Assembly: GCA_013239625.1 (NCBI GenBank)
Contig: MU054187.1
Location: 20,428,897-20,492,896, forward strand
From: Lama guanicoe
Taxonomy: Eukaryota
Length of the DNA: 64,000 nt
Direction: 5' to 3'
Both the position numbers and the translations under genes were made by a program. Positions within the stretch are counted from its first letter, which is position 1, and every line of letters starts with the position of its first letter. This document shows, piece after piece, positions 51,081-62,852 of this stretch. Under the pieces are notes generated by a model. That model was not told where the DNA came from, searched no databases, and saw only the letters and a program-made list of their open reading frames with translations.

Positions 51081-51660
51081 TTTTTTTAAGACATTTTTTC
51101 TAGCAGTTCAGGTTTACAACAAAATTGAAACAATGGTACAAAGATTTCCCACATAACCTCTTCCCTCATACATGCATAATCTCCCCCATTACCAACATCA
51201 TTCATCATAATAGCACCTTTTTTTTTACCAAGACAAAACTATATTAACACAGCAGTGTTACCCAAAGTCCATAGTTAACGTTACAGTTCACTCTTGGTGT
51301 TGCATGTTCTGTGGATTTGAAAAAATGTATAATGACATGTATCCATCATTATAATATCATACAGAATATTTTTATTGTACTAAAAATCCTCTGTGATCTG
51401 CCAGTCTGTATCACCCATTTCCTTAGCCCCTGACAACCACTAATCTTTTTATTATCTCCATAGTTTTGACTTTTCCAAAAGGTCATATAGTTGGAATCAT
51501 ACAGTTTGTAGCCTTTACAGATTGGCTTCCTTCACTCTGCAATATGCATTTAAGTTTCCTCCATGTCTTTTCCTGACTTGACAGTTGATTTTTTTTGGCA
51601 TTGAATAATATGCCATTGTCAGAATGTACCACAGTTTACTAATCCATTCACCTACTTAAG
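51081..51660 (-). mobile_element. LINE-1 3'UTR, L1MC1-like, antisense
   Basis: agcagttcaggtttacaacaaaattga...agatttccc...cccaaagtccatagtt...gttcactcttggtgttg...ttggaatcatacagtttgtagcctttacagattggctt. Reverse-complementary in type to the element at 1-1070. Confidence 0.85.
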
Positions 51661-52464
51661 ATCTCTCCAAATTTCTATCGGTAAAAATCAGTTCTTCCAT
51701 GGAAATCTTATGAATCTTCATAAAAAGTCAAGGATATGATCAACTCACAGATACCACTAGACCTTAACCTAGCATACCTGTTCATTATTACAGAGAAAGC
51801 AAAATGCTTTAAGAGTTAAAATGCTAATATCGATTAGATTTCAACCTTTTTATAGAATGGTAGACAGGTCCCAAGATTTAGTAAGAAATCAACTGCAAAT
51901 ATATGGAATGTAAAATTCTCCTTATAGTAGAATGAATCCGTGTGTGCTAATGTTGCCCTCCAGAGCCTAACACTATGAAAGATGCCCACCATCCTTGGTT
52001 CCACTGGCCTTGAAGATATCTCACTCCCTACTGGCTGGATTGATCCCTAATCTTTAGCTGTGGCTCATTAAGAAACAGTGGATGCATCAAAGAACTGCTT
52101 TCACTGACACCCGTGCTTGCTCACTCTTGAATGTGTCCCTTGCCCAGCTGGTGTTATCCCTTGGTAGCAAAACACAGTAAAAGAAACTTTAATCAATTCC
52201 AAGACATCACCCTACTTAATCTTCAAATCCAGGCTAATGATTTTGGAATAGCATAGCTCAGAGATGACTTTTATTTTCTTCTTTTCTCTTTTTCAACTTT
52301 CCTCTACTTTGTGTTCATGGATGCATAACATTTATTTTTAGAACATGACGTTAAATAACAATTACTCCAATTGTCTAACAACCTAAAATTGCAGTGAAAA
52401 AATAGTCCGATTTTCTTCACTTCAATGAAGAAATCAATATTGTCAAGAACTTACACAGTGTTTA

Positions 52465-52845
52465 AAATATGATATGCATTGTTCTGCACATGCTCTCTGA
52501 GTTAATACACATAATCAATATAATACCTCTATGCTTTAGACAAATTATTATCATTTTTTTTTACAGATGACAAAATTGAAGCACAGAGAGGTTAAGTATA
52601 TTGGCTGGGTCACACAGCTAGAAACTGACAAAGGTGAGATTTAAGATCAGTCAGTGTAGTTTCAGAGTTCAGGTATTTTCTGGGGGGGGTAGGGGAGGTA
52701 ATTAGATTTATTTATTTATTTGTTTATTACTTTTAATGCAGGTACTGGGGATTGAACCCAGGACCTTGCACATGCTAAGCATGCACTCTACTATTGAGCT
52801 GTACCCTCCCCTCTCCAGAGTTCAGGTTCTTCATGAACATGCTCT
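52465..52845 (-). mobile_element. MIR SINE split by a Vic-1-type SINE
   Basis: ttttacagatgacaaaattgaagcacagagaggttaagta...ggtcacacagctag...cagagttcaggt|tctt is the antisense MIR core. Confidence 0.8.
52675..52815 (-). mobile_element. tRNA-Ala-derived SINE (Vic-1 type, camelid)
   Basis: Minus strand AGCTCAATAGTAGAGTGCATGCTTAGCATGTGCAAGGTCCTGGGTTCAATCCCCAGTACC with an A-rich tail. Perfect 12-bp TSD cagagttcaggt at 52663-52674 and 52816-52827. Confidence 0.92.
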
Positions 52846-54834
52846 AAGCTGAACCAAAGACACAGAGTCCCAGGGCCTACTGATGACTAACACTGCAGAA
52901 CAGTTACAGAATTGTCCAGAAAGGAAATAGTCTGTCAAGAAGGATATCCCTATTTCTCTTTTCTTCAGTCCTTGAAATCAGTCATGACGTGAGTCCCTTA
53001 CTCTCCGTCTCTGTCCTTGCTTTCTCGTCCTGGTACTGAAGTCCTCCGCGCGACTCCTGGGTAAGTGCTGAGGACAGGCTGACCCATTTCCTGGCGCTGA
53101 GGCCCCAGCTGCTGTCCTGAGCAGCACCTGTTCCTAGGTTTTGCCCCCTAACTGGATGACTGCTTTGTGTCAAGAGACCTGGCTCCTGCTAGCGGATGCT
53201 TCTTCGGCGCGTCTCACCTGACACGCACTGAATGCAGCACCTACCACTGAGGGCATCCCCATAACCCTAACGCTGCTCTCAGAGTGGGCATTTGTGGCTT
53301 CATAGCATGGAATCCACCAACGCCATCCACTCTTCTGCCTCCACACATGAACCACATAAGTCTTCATGCTAATCTGCAAGAAGTACGTAGTCTGAATGTT
53401 GAAGTAGTCATGCTTTCAAATATTTTCTGTGTTGTGAAACTGTGCTTAAGTCCATATGTTTGATTGCTTTGGAAATATATTTGCCGTATATTATATAGTT
53501 CAATAAAAGTTGGCCATGGTTAAGGAAAATTTTGCCCTGAGAACATGTTTTGACATCAGCATCCTATAAGTCCTACGCTATTTGGCATATAAATAATGCT
53601 TAAAGTGAAATTTCTGTTTTTCCCTTCAAATAGCTCTTGCTATTTATTCTTTCATCTGAATTCACTTCTTATATAACGTAAATTGCAGAGTTAAAAAATC
53701 TTGTTACTTCTACAAAAATATTCTATTAATATTCACGCTATTCATACAGAAAGCAGCTCACCCACAGTGAGATTGCTTTGTGGAGTACATCAGAATATTT
53801 TATCATAATTATATTCAGTAAAGAAAAAAGAGAATAGTGAGATTCACGTAGATTGATTGATTTCGTTTGTTGATAATAACATCAGTTATCAGTTCCAGGT
53901 TGCTTTATTAGAATAAGACTTATTAGAAGGCATTGACTAACTCAGCATGTGCACCGCATGTGAAACTGAAAATGCGATTAGGAACATGCAAGAGCTTAAT
54001 ATTCTGAACATGCACATCAGTCACTGAATGAAGATTAGAATTCACTGTACATTTTGCAAATCTGAATCTTTCACTTGCTAATTGAACTTTAATTGGATTT
54101 CATTCTAATTTAATTGTTAACACAAATCAAAAATGTTTACTTAAATATGAGTATTCAAGAGATTTGATGGTCAAGTAATAGATTCTACTTAATCTATTAA
54201 TTAGGCCTAGACTATAACACTGCTGAATAAATCTGGAAAGTATTTTTTTCTAGTCTGGCAGGTGAAATCGTTTTGTTCACTAACAATAAAAATAAAAAAT
54301 AAAGAGAAAGTTAAAATTGCACTTGTTTATTCTCTGCAACAATCCCCAAACAAGAATTGAAAACAAAGGGGAACACTTATTTAATTCCCAAACCCTCTTT
54401 TTTTTGAAAACATAATCAGGTTTATTTAGGGGGCTATAAAACTTTGTCTAGCTTTTCTCTTTTTCTCCTTTTCAGCCTAGGGATCTGTTCCTTCAATCTT
54501 ACTAACAAATTCCTAGAAGGTAATTAGCAAATCTTATTGGGTATCCACTTATTCAAGTCAGTTTATTTAAAACAATACATTAATAATTTTTATATTTAGA
54601 TCTTATCCAATCAGCTTTCTTATTTTCCAGAATGTAAGCATCCCTCAGTTTAATGGGTAAACTTACCTAAGAATTTCAAAGTATGCACTATTTCAGCCAC
54701 AAAATTTCTCCCTTGGAATATACTTTTTGGAATATTAAGACTTCATCAGAAATGTTGATGCCGAAATTTATAAAGATGATGTTCTAAATAGGGAACAATA
54801 ATTATATTATTAAGGACAATTAAATTTATAATTT

Positions 54835-54990
54835 CAACAGCACAGCTCTGAAAACAGCATTTTCCCTATTTTATAGATGAGAAGACTGAGCCTAAACAAA
54901 AGGTAAACATGTCTAAGGTTATGAAGTTGATGGTACAAACACGCCGTCCATCCCTGGCCACATTTCAGAGTAAGTTCCTTTTATTATGTG
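54835..54990 (-). mobile_element. MIR fragment
   Basis: tccctattttatagatgagaagactgagcctaa...catgtctaaggttat. Confidence 0.6.
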
Positions 54991-56625
54991 GAACAAATAA
55001 GCAATAATGTTTCCTTATGAATTATGAACTAGTCCACATAAGTAACAAAAACTACCAATAACTCTGTCATAAGCTGACATTCTCAGTAATGGTGGTTAGT
55101 ATCGCTGTTTCAGCAGTTTGAGTTTTTTTTCCGTTCCTTTTAGTAACTTCCAGTCTCCTGATGCATTATTCAGGTACATACTGCTGGCAGTTTTTATGAT
55201 CTGTGCCATTTGGGAGGAAAGTGCATAAGCGAGGCAGAAAGGTAGCGGAAGAGTTTAGGAGGCACTTGATATTTCACTGTTGGTTTTGTTCTGAGATTAA
55301 GTTTATCAGGATCCGCTCCCAACCTCAAATCGAGGCATCAGATGCTCTCAAATCTGCATCACATTACTGACAAGAGCGAGCCTATATACTTAGCCTCCTT
55401 CTGTTATCTGTTCACTGAAAACATGATACGTAAACATTTACCTGCCAACTCAGACAGTACTTTTACATCTTTCACTCTTGTTTAAACAACTCTCGGCATT
55501 CAGATTCTACAAGAGTTAGGTATGGTGTTTGAAGTAGAGCACTTAAAGCTTTTCCAAGTCTAAGGTTTATAACCAGAGCAGACATTCGTTTGCCTTGCTT
55601 TGAGGAAATCAGCTAGAACAACAACAAAAACTACTATAAAAGTATGCCCCAACCCAGATAGCATACAAACATTCAAACCTTAATCAGTTTTGGGGGGAAA
55701 AAATGTGTGCCAGATAAAAATTCATAGTCAATTTACACATTCAAAAACTTAACATCTCTCTCTCTCTCTTTTTTTTTTTTTTTGAATATCCCAGTCTTTT
55801 CTGGAAGCTACCATTCTGCCTACTTGTAAATTACTCAACTCACAATTAGGAATTGAGAGGAGATTGAGTAGGGGTGATTTTTGAGTCATTTCGGTCAAAT
55901 GAAGATTCCCCCTCCACTATTTATTGGAAAGCACCTGGCCTGCAGTCTTCTTCGGCTCACACCTGCCAAGATGGACAGTTATTGTCTCCGGCTATTTTTC
56001 ATCAGAATACACTCATATTGGAATCTGCAGGGATCAGAGTCTCCACATACTGTCATGGCATGTGGCAGCCCTGTCCTCTTGAGAACCAGCTCTCATGTTC
56101 CATTTGACTGGATCATCCTTGTCACATCCTGGGACACCTTTTCTAGTCAACCTTTTTGTCTTTATTTGGGGTAAAAAGAAACTGGCTGGCCAGTGGCTTA
56201 GGAGCAGACATTTCTGCGAGGCTGCGTCAAGCCTCTGTCTAGGTAACTCACTGGTTGCTGCTCTGTGAGTGCTCTGGGGCTGTGCTGGACCCACAGTTCT
56301 CATCAGTAGCTTGTTATTCCCTGGATCTCTGGTTGATAAACAGGCCCAAATCCCTCTACTCTAAGTTCCCCAAAATTTACTGGAGGTACTTATCCCAACC
56401 CACTGCCCACCTAGGAGTACAATCAAAGAGATGCTACTCGGGCATAAAAAAGTATGAATCTCTCCCGCTGTTCTCTTGTTAGCCTCCCTGTCCCATCCCA
56501 GGGAACTCACGTACTTCCCTGGATGACAGAAAGTTAAGAACGAGGATTTTACCTTCTTACACTTTAGTGTTTACGCCAGGACTTCACTCATGAAGACCCA
56601 AAAAGCACTTCCATGCAACACAAAT

Positions 56626-57023
56626 TGTTATAGCCTGAACTGTGTTCCCGTCCCATACATGTGCTGAAGTCTTACTCCCAGGATCTCAGAATATGGCTGA
56701 ATTTGGAGATAGGGCCTTAAAAGAGGTAACTAAGGTGGAATGAAGTTGCACAGGTGGCCCCTAATCCAGTCTGACTGGTGTCCTCATAAAAGAGGAGAAT
56801 TGGACACAGAGAAGCCAAGGATGCAGGAGCAGAAAGTAAAGGCCATGTGAGGACACAGCGAGGTGTCCATCTTCAAGTCAAGGAGGGGCCTCAGGAGGGA
56901 CCAAACCTGCCAACGCCTTGATCTTGAACTTCCAGCCTCCAGAACGGTGAGAAAAGTACGTTTCTATTGTTGAAGCCACCAGGATGTGTTACTTTATTAT
57001 GGTCCCACTAGCAAACTAATACA
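56626..57023 (+). mobile_element. MaLR solo LTR, MLT1B-like, full length
   Basis: TG...CA termini (tgttatagcctgaactgtgt ... ctagcaaactaataca). Internal atttggagatagggcctt, ccctaatccagtctgactggtgtcct, ccttgatcttgaacttccagcctccagaac. Confidence 0.9.
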
Positions 57024-59009
57024 AATATTTCAGTCTTTTTTTTTTTTATATCTACTTTGAACCTGAAAAACAGCACTGACCATCTTTTTTCTTTGAATGT
57101 CTGATATATCATCTTTAAGCCTCCACAAATCTGTAAATTCTTCTAAATAAACTGGAACCAGATTATATACCAGGAAATGGGGAAATATAAGAAAAAAACT
57201 ATCATTTAATATTTTGCTATTTCAGTACATTATGAGGTTATGTACAATCGAGTTATTATAAGTAAAAAACTGCCGTTGAATGTTGAGCTATAAACATTAA
57301 GCCAAACTCTGTAGCCAAAAAGGAGTATTCAGTTTACAGGACTAAAGTTACAACAGGATGAGAAATTCAACAGGATATTAGTTGTCAATACAACTTTTGG
57401 CTACAGATAAAATTTAGTAATAATCTAGAGAATGCCACCTCGTTACAAATATAAAAGCATACGCTGTGCTCACACGCCTACCTCTGTAGCATCCCAAATG
57501 ACACACAAAGTCAGCAGAAGAGTATGAGGCAGCATTCAAATGCAAATCGATACAGGAGGAAGATGCATCTGTGAAGATTAAACACTAGAGGGATAGATTA
57601 TGCTGAAGACATAGAAATTCAGATTTTTGAAGAAAGTTTCGTACATTATACGATCTCTCCAGTATTCTTCACTGATTATGTTCCCTGCTTCGTAACTTTG
57701 ACTCTCTTACACCATCACATGAACTTCATCTTAAGTGAACCATGTCTGGCAACTTTAACAAATCCTGTCTGGTCAGCCTCTTTGAACACAGTGCTGATAG
57801 GCAGTATGTGACACTGAGTCCTAAAATACAGCTTTGGCATTCATACTGGTTTTTTTTTTTTTTGAATTTTTGAATTTGGGAGCATAGAATAATAAACTCC
57901 AAGGAAGCAAGTTACATGTACAAGTGGCCTTGCACCTTGACCAAGGATTGCAGCCATTAAGTAATGATGGACCTCAGTGTAGAGTTGGAGGATATTAAAA
58001 AGCAGTCTTTACAAATCCGCATATAGTAACGTGGAGGTAATTCTTATTAGGTTGAATATAAGCATTTACAGGGAACACTGCAACATTAATAAATAGCAAG
58101 AACAACGATTTTAAAAGAGCAAACTTGATTTTTAAATGTTTTCCCAACAGCAGTGTCTTGCTTTCATCTCATGTTTGATTTAATTACACTCTAAAAATGT
58201 GCTTTTTCCCAAATGAAACACAAGATCAAATCATTTTCAGTCTAAATGAGTCACTGAGTAACAAAGTGAGACAAAGCAGGTTTTTTTCTGGCTTTTGCTT
58301 TTTTAAAATAGAGATAATACTTGCTTGGTTTCAAACAGAAGGTGAAAAGGATGGTTTTTAATGACTGAATGCTCCAAGAAAGCTGAGTAATTTTGCATTA
58401 CTAGACGTGAAAGCAATCTAGGGAATGATGAGCATTGGTATACTGACAATTCTGCTTTTCTGTACAAAGAATACTTAATATAGAAATAATGTGATAATAT
58501 TTCCCATAAATCCTTGGTTTTCAATGATCATAAGACAATTATCATGGATCCAAATGACGTGGCTTATAATAAAACACTGTCCTACAAGCACTACAACTAT
58601 AAGTTGATTTTTAAAGTCTAAAGAAGCTTGAAACAGATTTAAATTTTCCTAATGATTTATGCAAAAGGTTGAATAGGAAGGGGCCTGCATATTCTCAGCA
58701 AAAAATAATTTTTAAAATTATCTGTGAAAATATTGACACCTTGAAAAGACAAAAGGAATTATTTTCAGTGATGCTGGGGACTTAAATTTAGAGTCACCTC
58801 AGTTCTGTTATCTAATCCAGGGGTTATCCCGTTTCCTACAATCCAGATCCATATTCGTATACATCCCCACATGTATGTACATACATGGTCTTCCATCTCA
58901 TGTTTGATCACGTTAAGCATAAGAAAAAATGGACTAGAAACCACAGATTTGGGTAAAACCATGAATCTAAAGAGGAACCATGACAACGCACTGAGATAAA
59001 TGTGATGAT

Positions 59010-59220
59010 GGACGACAGCATGGGACCCTGTAGAAGACTGAGGAAGAACATCACGCTTAGACTGAAAGAAACAAACAAACAAAAAATGCTTAGAAATGGA
59101 AGAAAAACTGAAGGATATGTGAAGAGCATAGGAGGTGTCTTGTTAACTCTGGATAGAACTGAAAGAAGACTGGCAGAGGAGTAAATAGTTCTCAGTGATC
59201 TCCGAATCATTTGAAAATTT
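59010..59220 (+). mobile_element. Possible L3/CR1 remnant
   Basis: Weak similarity to the CR1 ORF2 3' region (ctgaaggatatgtgaagag...tcttgttaactctggatagaactg). Confidence 0.3.
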
Positions 59221-59919
59221 GATGACACACAGCTCTCAACCAGGAACATACTCATAGCAACACACATAAATCTTACATATTGTCAAGGGAATTATAGATC
59301 TTATGAAATTCACCCAAAACCCCAGGTTCAGAACCTCTGGATTTCATCAGCGTAAATTCATATTAATAGAACTTGTAGACAGGTGGGAAAGGGGGCAGTG
59401 TCCATATGCTGTTTGGCATTTTGCAATAATAACTACTCACACTTCTCTTTCTCTTCTCTGGCTTTAAAGCAAACAGAGTAATGAAACATCAGAAGCATAT
59501 TTAAATGTCAAGTAGTTAAATGTCAAGTATTTGCAAATAAAGCTGTTTGGAAAATGAAGCCTGGCTAAGAGGCCACACTTGGACTTCTCAGTATTTTCAC
59601 TGAATTAAACTTAACTACTTGGTCACAGGAAAAACACAGACTTTCGTATCATGGAATGCATAATTTCATACGATTTTGCACATGAAAATCTGTGTATCTT
59701 ATTGACAATTACCTCTGGAATAAATCTACTTCTAGAAAGAACTCAGTTGAAAAAAGCTTAGTTCTTCCTTTCAAACTCAGAAATCAGAAGCGTTCTTGGG
59801 GGTCTGGAGAAGATACTCTCTCTGGTACTTTGAAAAGGAGGGAGGTCTTAATTTATGTGCCAATGTAGAAACATTATTAGAAAAATGATATCACCTATCA
59901 GAAGCCCCTACCTGCTTTT

Positions 59920-60064
59920 TTAAAATTTATTTTTTTATTTTTGTTTTGGGGGAGATAATTGAGGGGGGTTTTTTGTTTGTTTTTTTGATGGAGGTACTGG
60001 GGATTGAACCCAGGACCTTGTGCATGCTAGGCATGCCCTCTACCACTGAGCCATACCCTCCCCT
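59920..60064 (-). mobile_element. tRNA-Ala-derived SINE (Vic-1 type, camelid)
   Basis: Minus strand GGGAGGGTATGGCTCAGTGGTAGAGGGCATGCCTAGCATGCACAAGGTCCTGGGTTCAATCCCCAGTACCTCCA plus A-rich tail. Degenerate TSD ctacctgcttttttaa (59908) vs ctacctacattcttaa (60065). Confidence 0.9.
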
Positions 60065-60165
60065 CTACCTACATTCTTAAAGAGTGAACTTGGAAAAGGC
60101 AGTCAAGAGAAGGAAGAAAATGAGGAAAAGGAAAAAAAAAGTTAAGTCTAGTCTTTAGTTTTAAT

Positions 60166-60356
60166 TAAAGTTGCTAAATTTAGCACATAAAACTACATGC
60201 TACTCAGTTAAATATGAAGTTCAAACAACAAATCTATTCTTTGGTGTAAGTATATCACATACAATATTTGGGACTTACTTATTTAAGAAGTAGTATTTTT
60301 TTTTAATTTGACATTCAAATTCAACTGGGTGACCTGCATTTTACCTGGTAGAACTA
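60166..60356. mobile_element. MER53 palindromic non-autonomous DNA transposon
   Basis: taaagttgctaaatttagcacataaaa...cagttaaatatgaagttca...caatatttgggacttacttat...attcaaattcaactgggtgacctgcattttacctggtagaacta. About 190 bp, self-complementary. Confidence 0.85.
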
Positions 60357-60759
60357 GTTTAAGAGGTAGATGGTCATAGAAAAACTGGGTACTTGACAGA
60401 AAACAAAGAACATAATGGGTTGTTGACATCAGATGTGAGGCTGAATTTGATATACGGCCTTCTGCAGTGGGCAGATTTTCGATCTTGGACCTTTCTTCAA
60501 GATGACATTCCTGTTTGCCAGGCCATGTCTTATCAAGGGGGCCTTGCTTAAAAAGAGCATCTTCGCGAGTTTGACCTCTAGGACGTGACTTGTAGTTTAG
60601 AAAAGTCAACACTAGAACCCTGAGGAGAAGCTTAACATTAGCATGTCAACTGAGTTATGAAAAGAGCTTCTGTTTGGCATCTGTTGCTACAGTAAATAAA
60701 ATCTAAAATCCTTTCTAATTCTCAGATTCTGCGATGCAAAACTAGAGAGAATTCCACCA

Positions 60760-60820
60760 AATTGCTCACTTTAAAATGGGTAATTTCATGCAGTGTGAAT
60801 TCACTTCAATAAATTATTAA
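60760..60820 (+). mobile_element. LINE-1 (L1MB-like) extreme 3' tail
   Basis: aattgctcactttaaaatgggtaatttcatgcagtgtgaattcacttcaataaa. Confidence 0.6.
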
Positions 60821-62697
60821 ACAAAACACTAGATATATTAAAGTCTTTTTTGATCCTCATTCCGTGAACGTGGGCGCTACGATTGACATTTTCCTCAAAT
60901 GCCCTTTCCCATAGTATTTGTTTAAATTTTTTTCTTTTTAACTATATGATTTTTAATTCAATTTTTTTTATGTGCTCTTACTTCTAGCCCCTAAATATTG
61001 AAGCTTCTTATTTTTCATCCTTATTTTCTCTAATTTTTATATTCTGTCCTTTGGAAATATTTGCCTGATCTATTTTAATTTTAAAAATGTATTTTATAAA
61101 AAGATCAATTCTGATATAAGTTAGCTTGGTGTACAATTATTTATAAAGGATATTTCATAAGCTTGTCATAGTCATTATTTGCTCTTTTAAGAAGTTAAGA
61201 AAAAGAGAGGCAGTGTCAGCCTGTGTATGGAGTTTTGCAGAAATTTGTGTGGTGTCAATTGAGGATTACAAAGAATACATTAATAGAGATGCACTGAATA
61301 TATCTTGATTTGATTCGAGTTAACTCATAGGAGTTTCTAGCTATAAAATGCTTTAAAACATAAAATTTGTGCCGTTGTTTTTTATATTTGAAATATAGTA
61401 TTTCGGCCAAGACTATAATATAGCAGTTTGGTCTTTAAATAAAACAGTCAAAGTTATGCCTTCTGCTTCTATTGGAAGAACTTAGAGGAAAATGGCTAGG
61501 AGAACTGAGGAACTGCACTGATGATGGTGAGCCTGATTTGCGAGGGACCGTTACTGTGGTGCAGTAGGAACAGAACATTTATCCCATTTTTACAAAGCAC
61601 TGAGAGATTCAGAAGCACTCCCTAAGCTCTCCCTGGGAAATAAAGTTGAAAACATTTGCAATGATGCACAGCCGTCATTAACACCATATCGGACATTAAT
61701 CAAAAGCAAACAGGTAGAAAGAATGCTCTTCCTCCTGGGGTCGGGGTGGGTGGATGCGGTGGTTTGTGTCACTTCTCTTTTTGTCTATAGGTCTCCAATA
61801 ATGCCTTTATATTTGATAATAAGTGCTTGGTTTATTTAAAACATCATGATTATGTAAGTATTGAAAGCTCCTTTTTTCCCTAAAAATCCTGCTTTTTAAA
61901 TGGGAAGGCATTTTTAAACAGGCTCACAGGTATTTGCTCCAAGGATTTCTTTCCAGATATATCATCTATTTTTTCACATAAACACTGTAGCCCAGGAAAA
62001 CTTCTATTTCATTCTTTAGGGAGAAGGAGATCTCTCCAGGCTTTGGCTGTCACCAACGCTTTCTTCTGCAGTCCCAGTTTTAACCCCTCTTCAAGACTCC
62101 CAGGGCCATTTCTTTCAGGTAACCTAGTTCAGGTGACCCTAGTCTGCAGTGATCTTTTTCCCTCAGGGATCCTGTAAGAATATGGCAGACGCATTTCTGA
62201 GATACTGAATCATAAACTGCCCTGTGATAGTTATTTGGAAATTTTCTTTTGAAAAGTGTTCTATTTGTTTCTGTCTTTTGAAGACAGAAAAAAGAGTTTG
62301 TTGAGTATAATTGTGTTAAGGCTATTTTATGACAACCTTTTATATAACATATTATTTTTAGTGGCTGTCGAAGTTGATGACAAAAACCATTTGAATTTCT
62401 GCTTCAGTGGTTATTGGTTCTGCCACAGACGAAAAGATTTGAGGGCAGTCATGAAGAAGTCTCTGGGGTCCTGCCTGCTCCCTGCCCTCTTTTTCTCAGC
62501 CATTCCTACGTCAGGATGATGCAGCGCCCTCAACTCCTTTCTGTGCTTTGAACACTTCCAACTTGTTCTCCTCTCTTGGTCTTTGCATTCAGTTTCCTTT
62601 CTATTTAGAATAGTCTCCCTGTGACTGTATCCTTCTGATTATGTCTTTTTGTTTGTTTGTTTTATTGCTGAAGTACTTAAAATACAATCTGATTGTC

Positions 62698-62852
62698 TTT
62701 TTTATAGAAATATAATCAGTTACAATGTGTCAGTTTCTGGTGTGCAGCACAGTGTCCCAGTCATGCATATACATACATATATTTGTTTTCATATTCTTTT
62801 CCATTAAAGGTTATTAGAAGATACTGAATATAGTTCCCTGTGCTATGCAAGA
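62698..62852 (-). mobile_element. Short lineage-specific LINE-1 3' end, antisense
   Basis: tcagttacaatgtgtcagtttctggtgtgcagcac...ggttattagaagatactgaatatagttccctgtgctat. Confidence 0.8.

Noticed and set aside
52735..52812. tRNA-Ala(AGC) gene (also the copies near 1370-1446 and 59988-60062)
   Set aside because: These are SINE heads: A-rich tails, TSDs and broken stems. tRNA finders may miscall them.
55860..56480. GC-richer patch with several overlapping 75-97 aa ORFs
   Set aside because: No recognisable protein. Probably an old LTR-like remnant that I could not assign.
59501..59530. Short tandem duplications (ttaaatgtcaagta x2 here; ttcttagactg x2 near 10493; ataattacca x2 near 37338)
   Set aside because: Ordinary slippage or repair micro-duplications.
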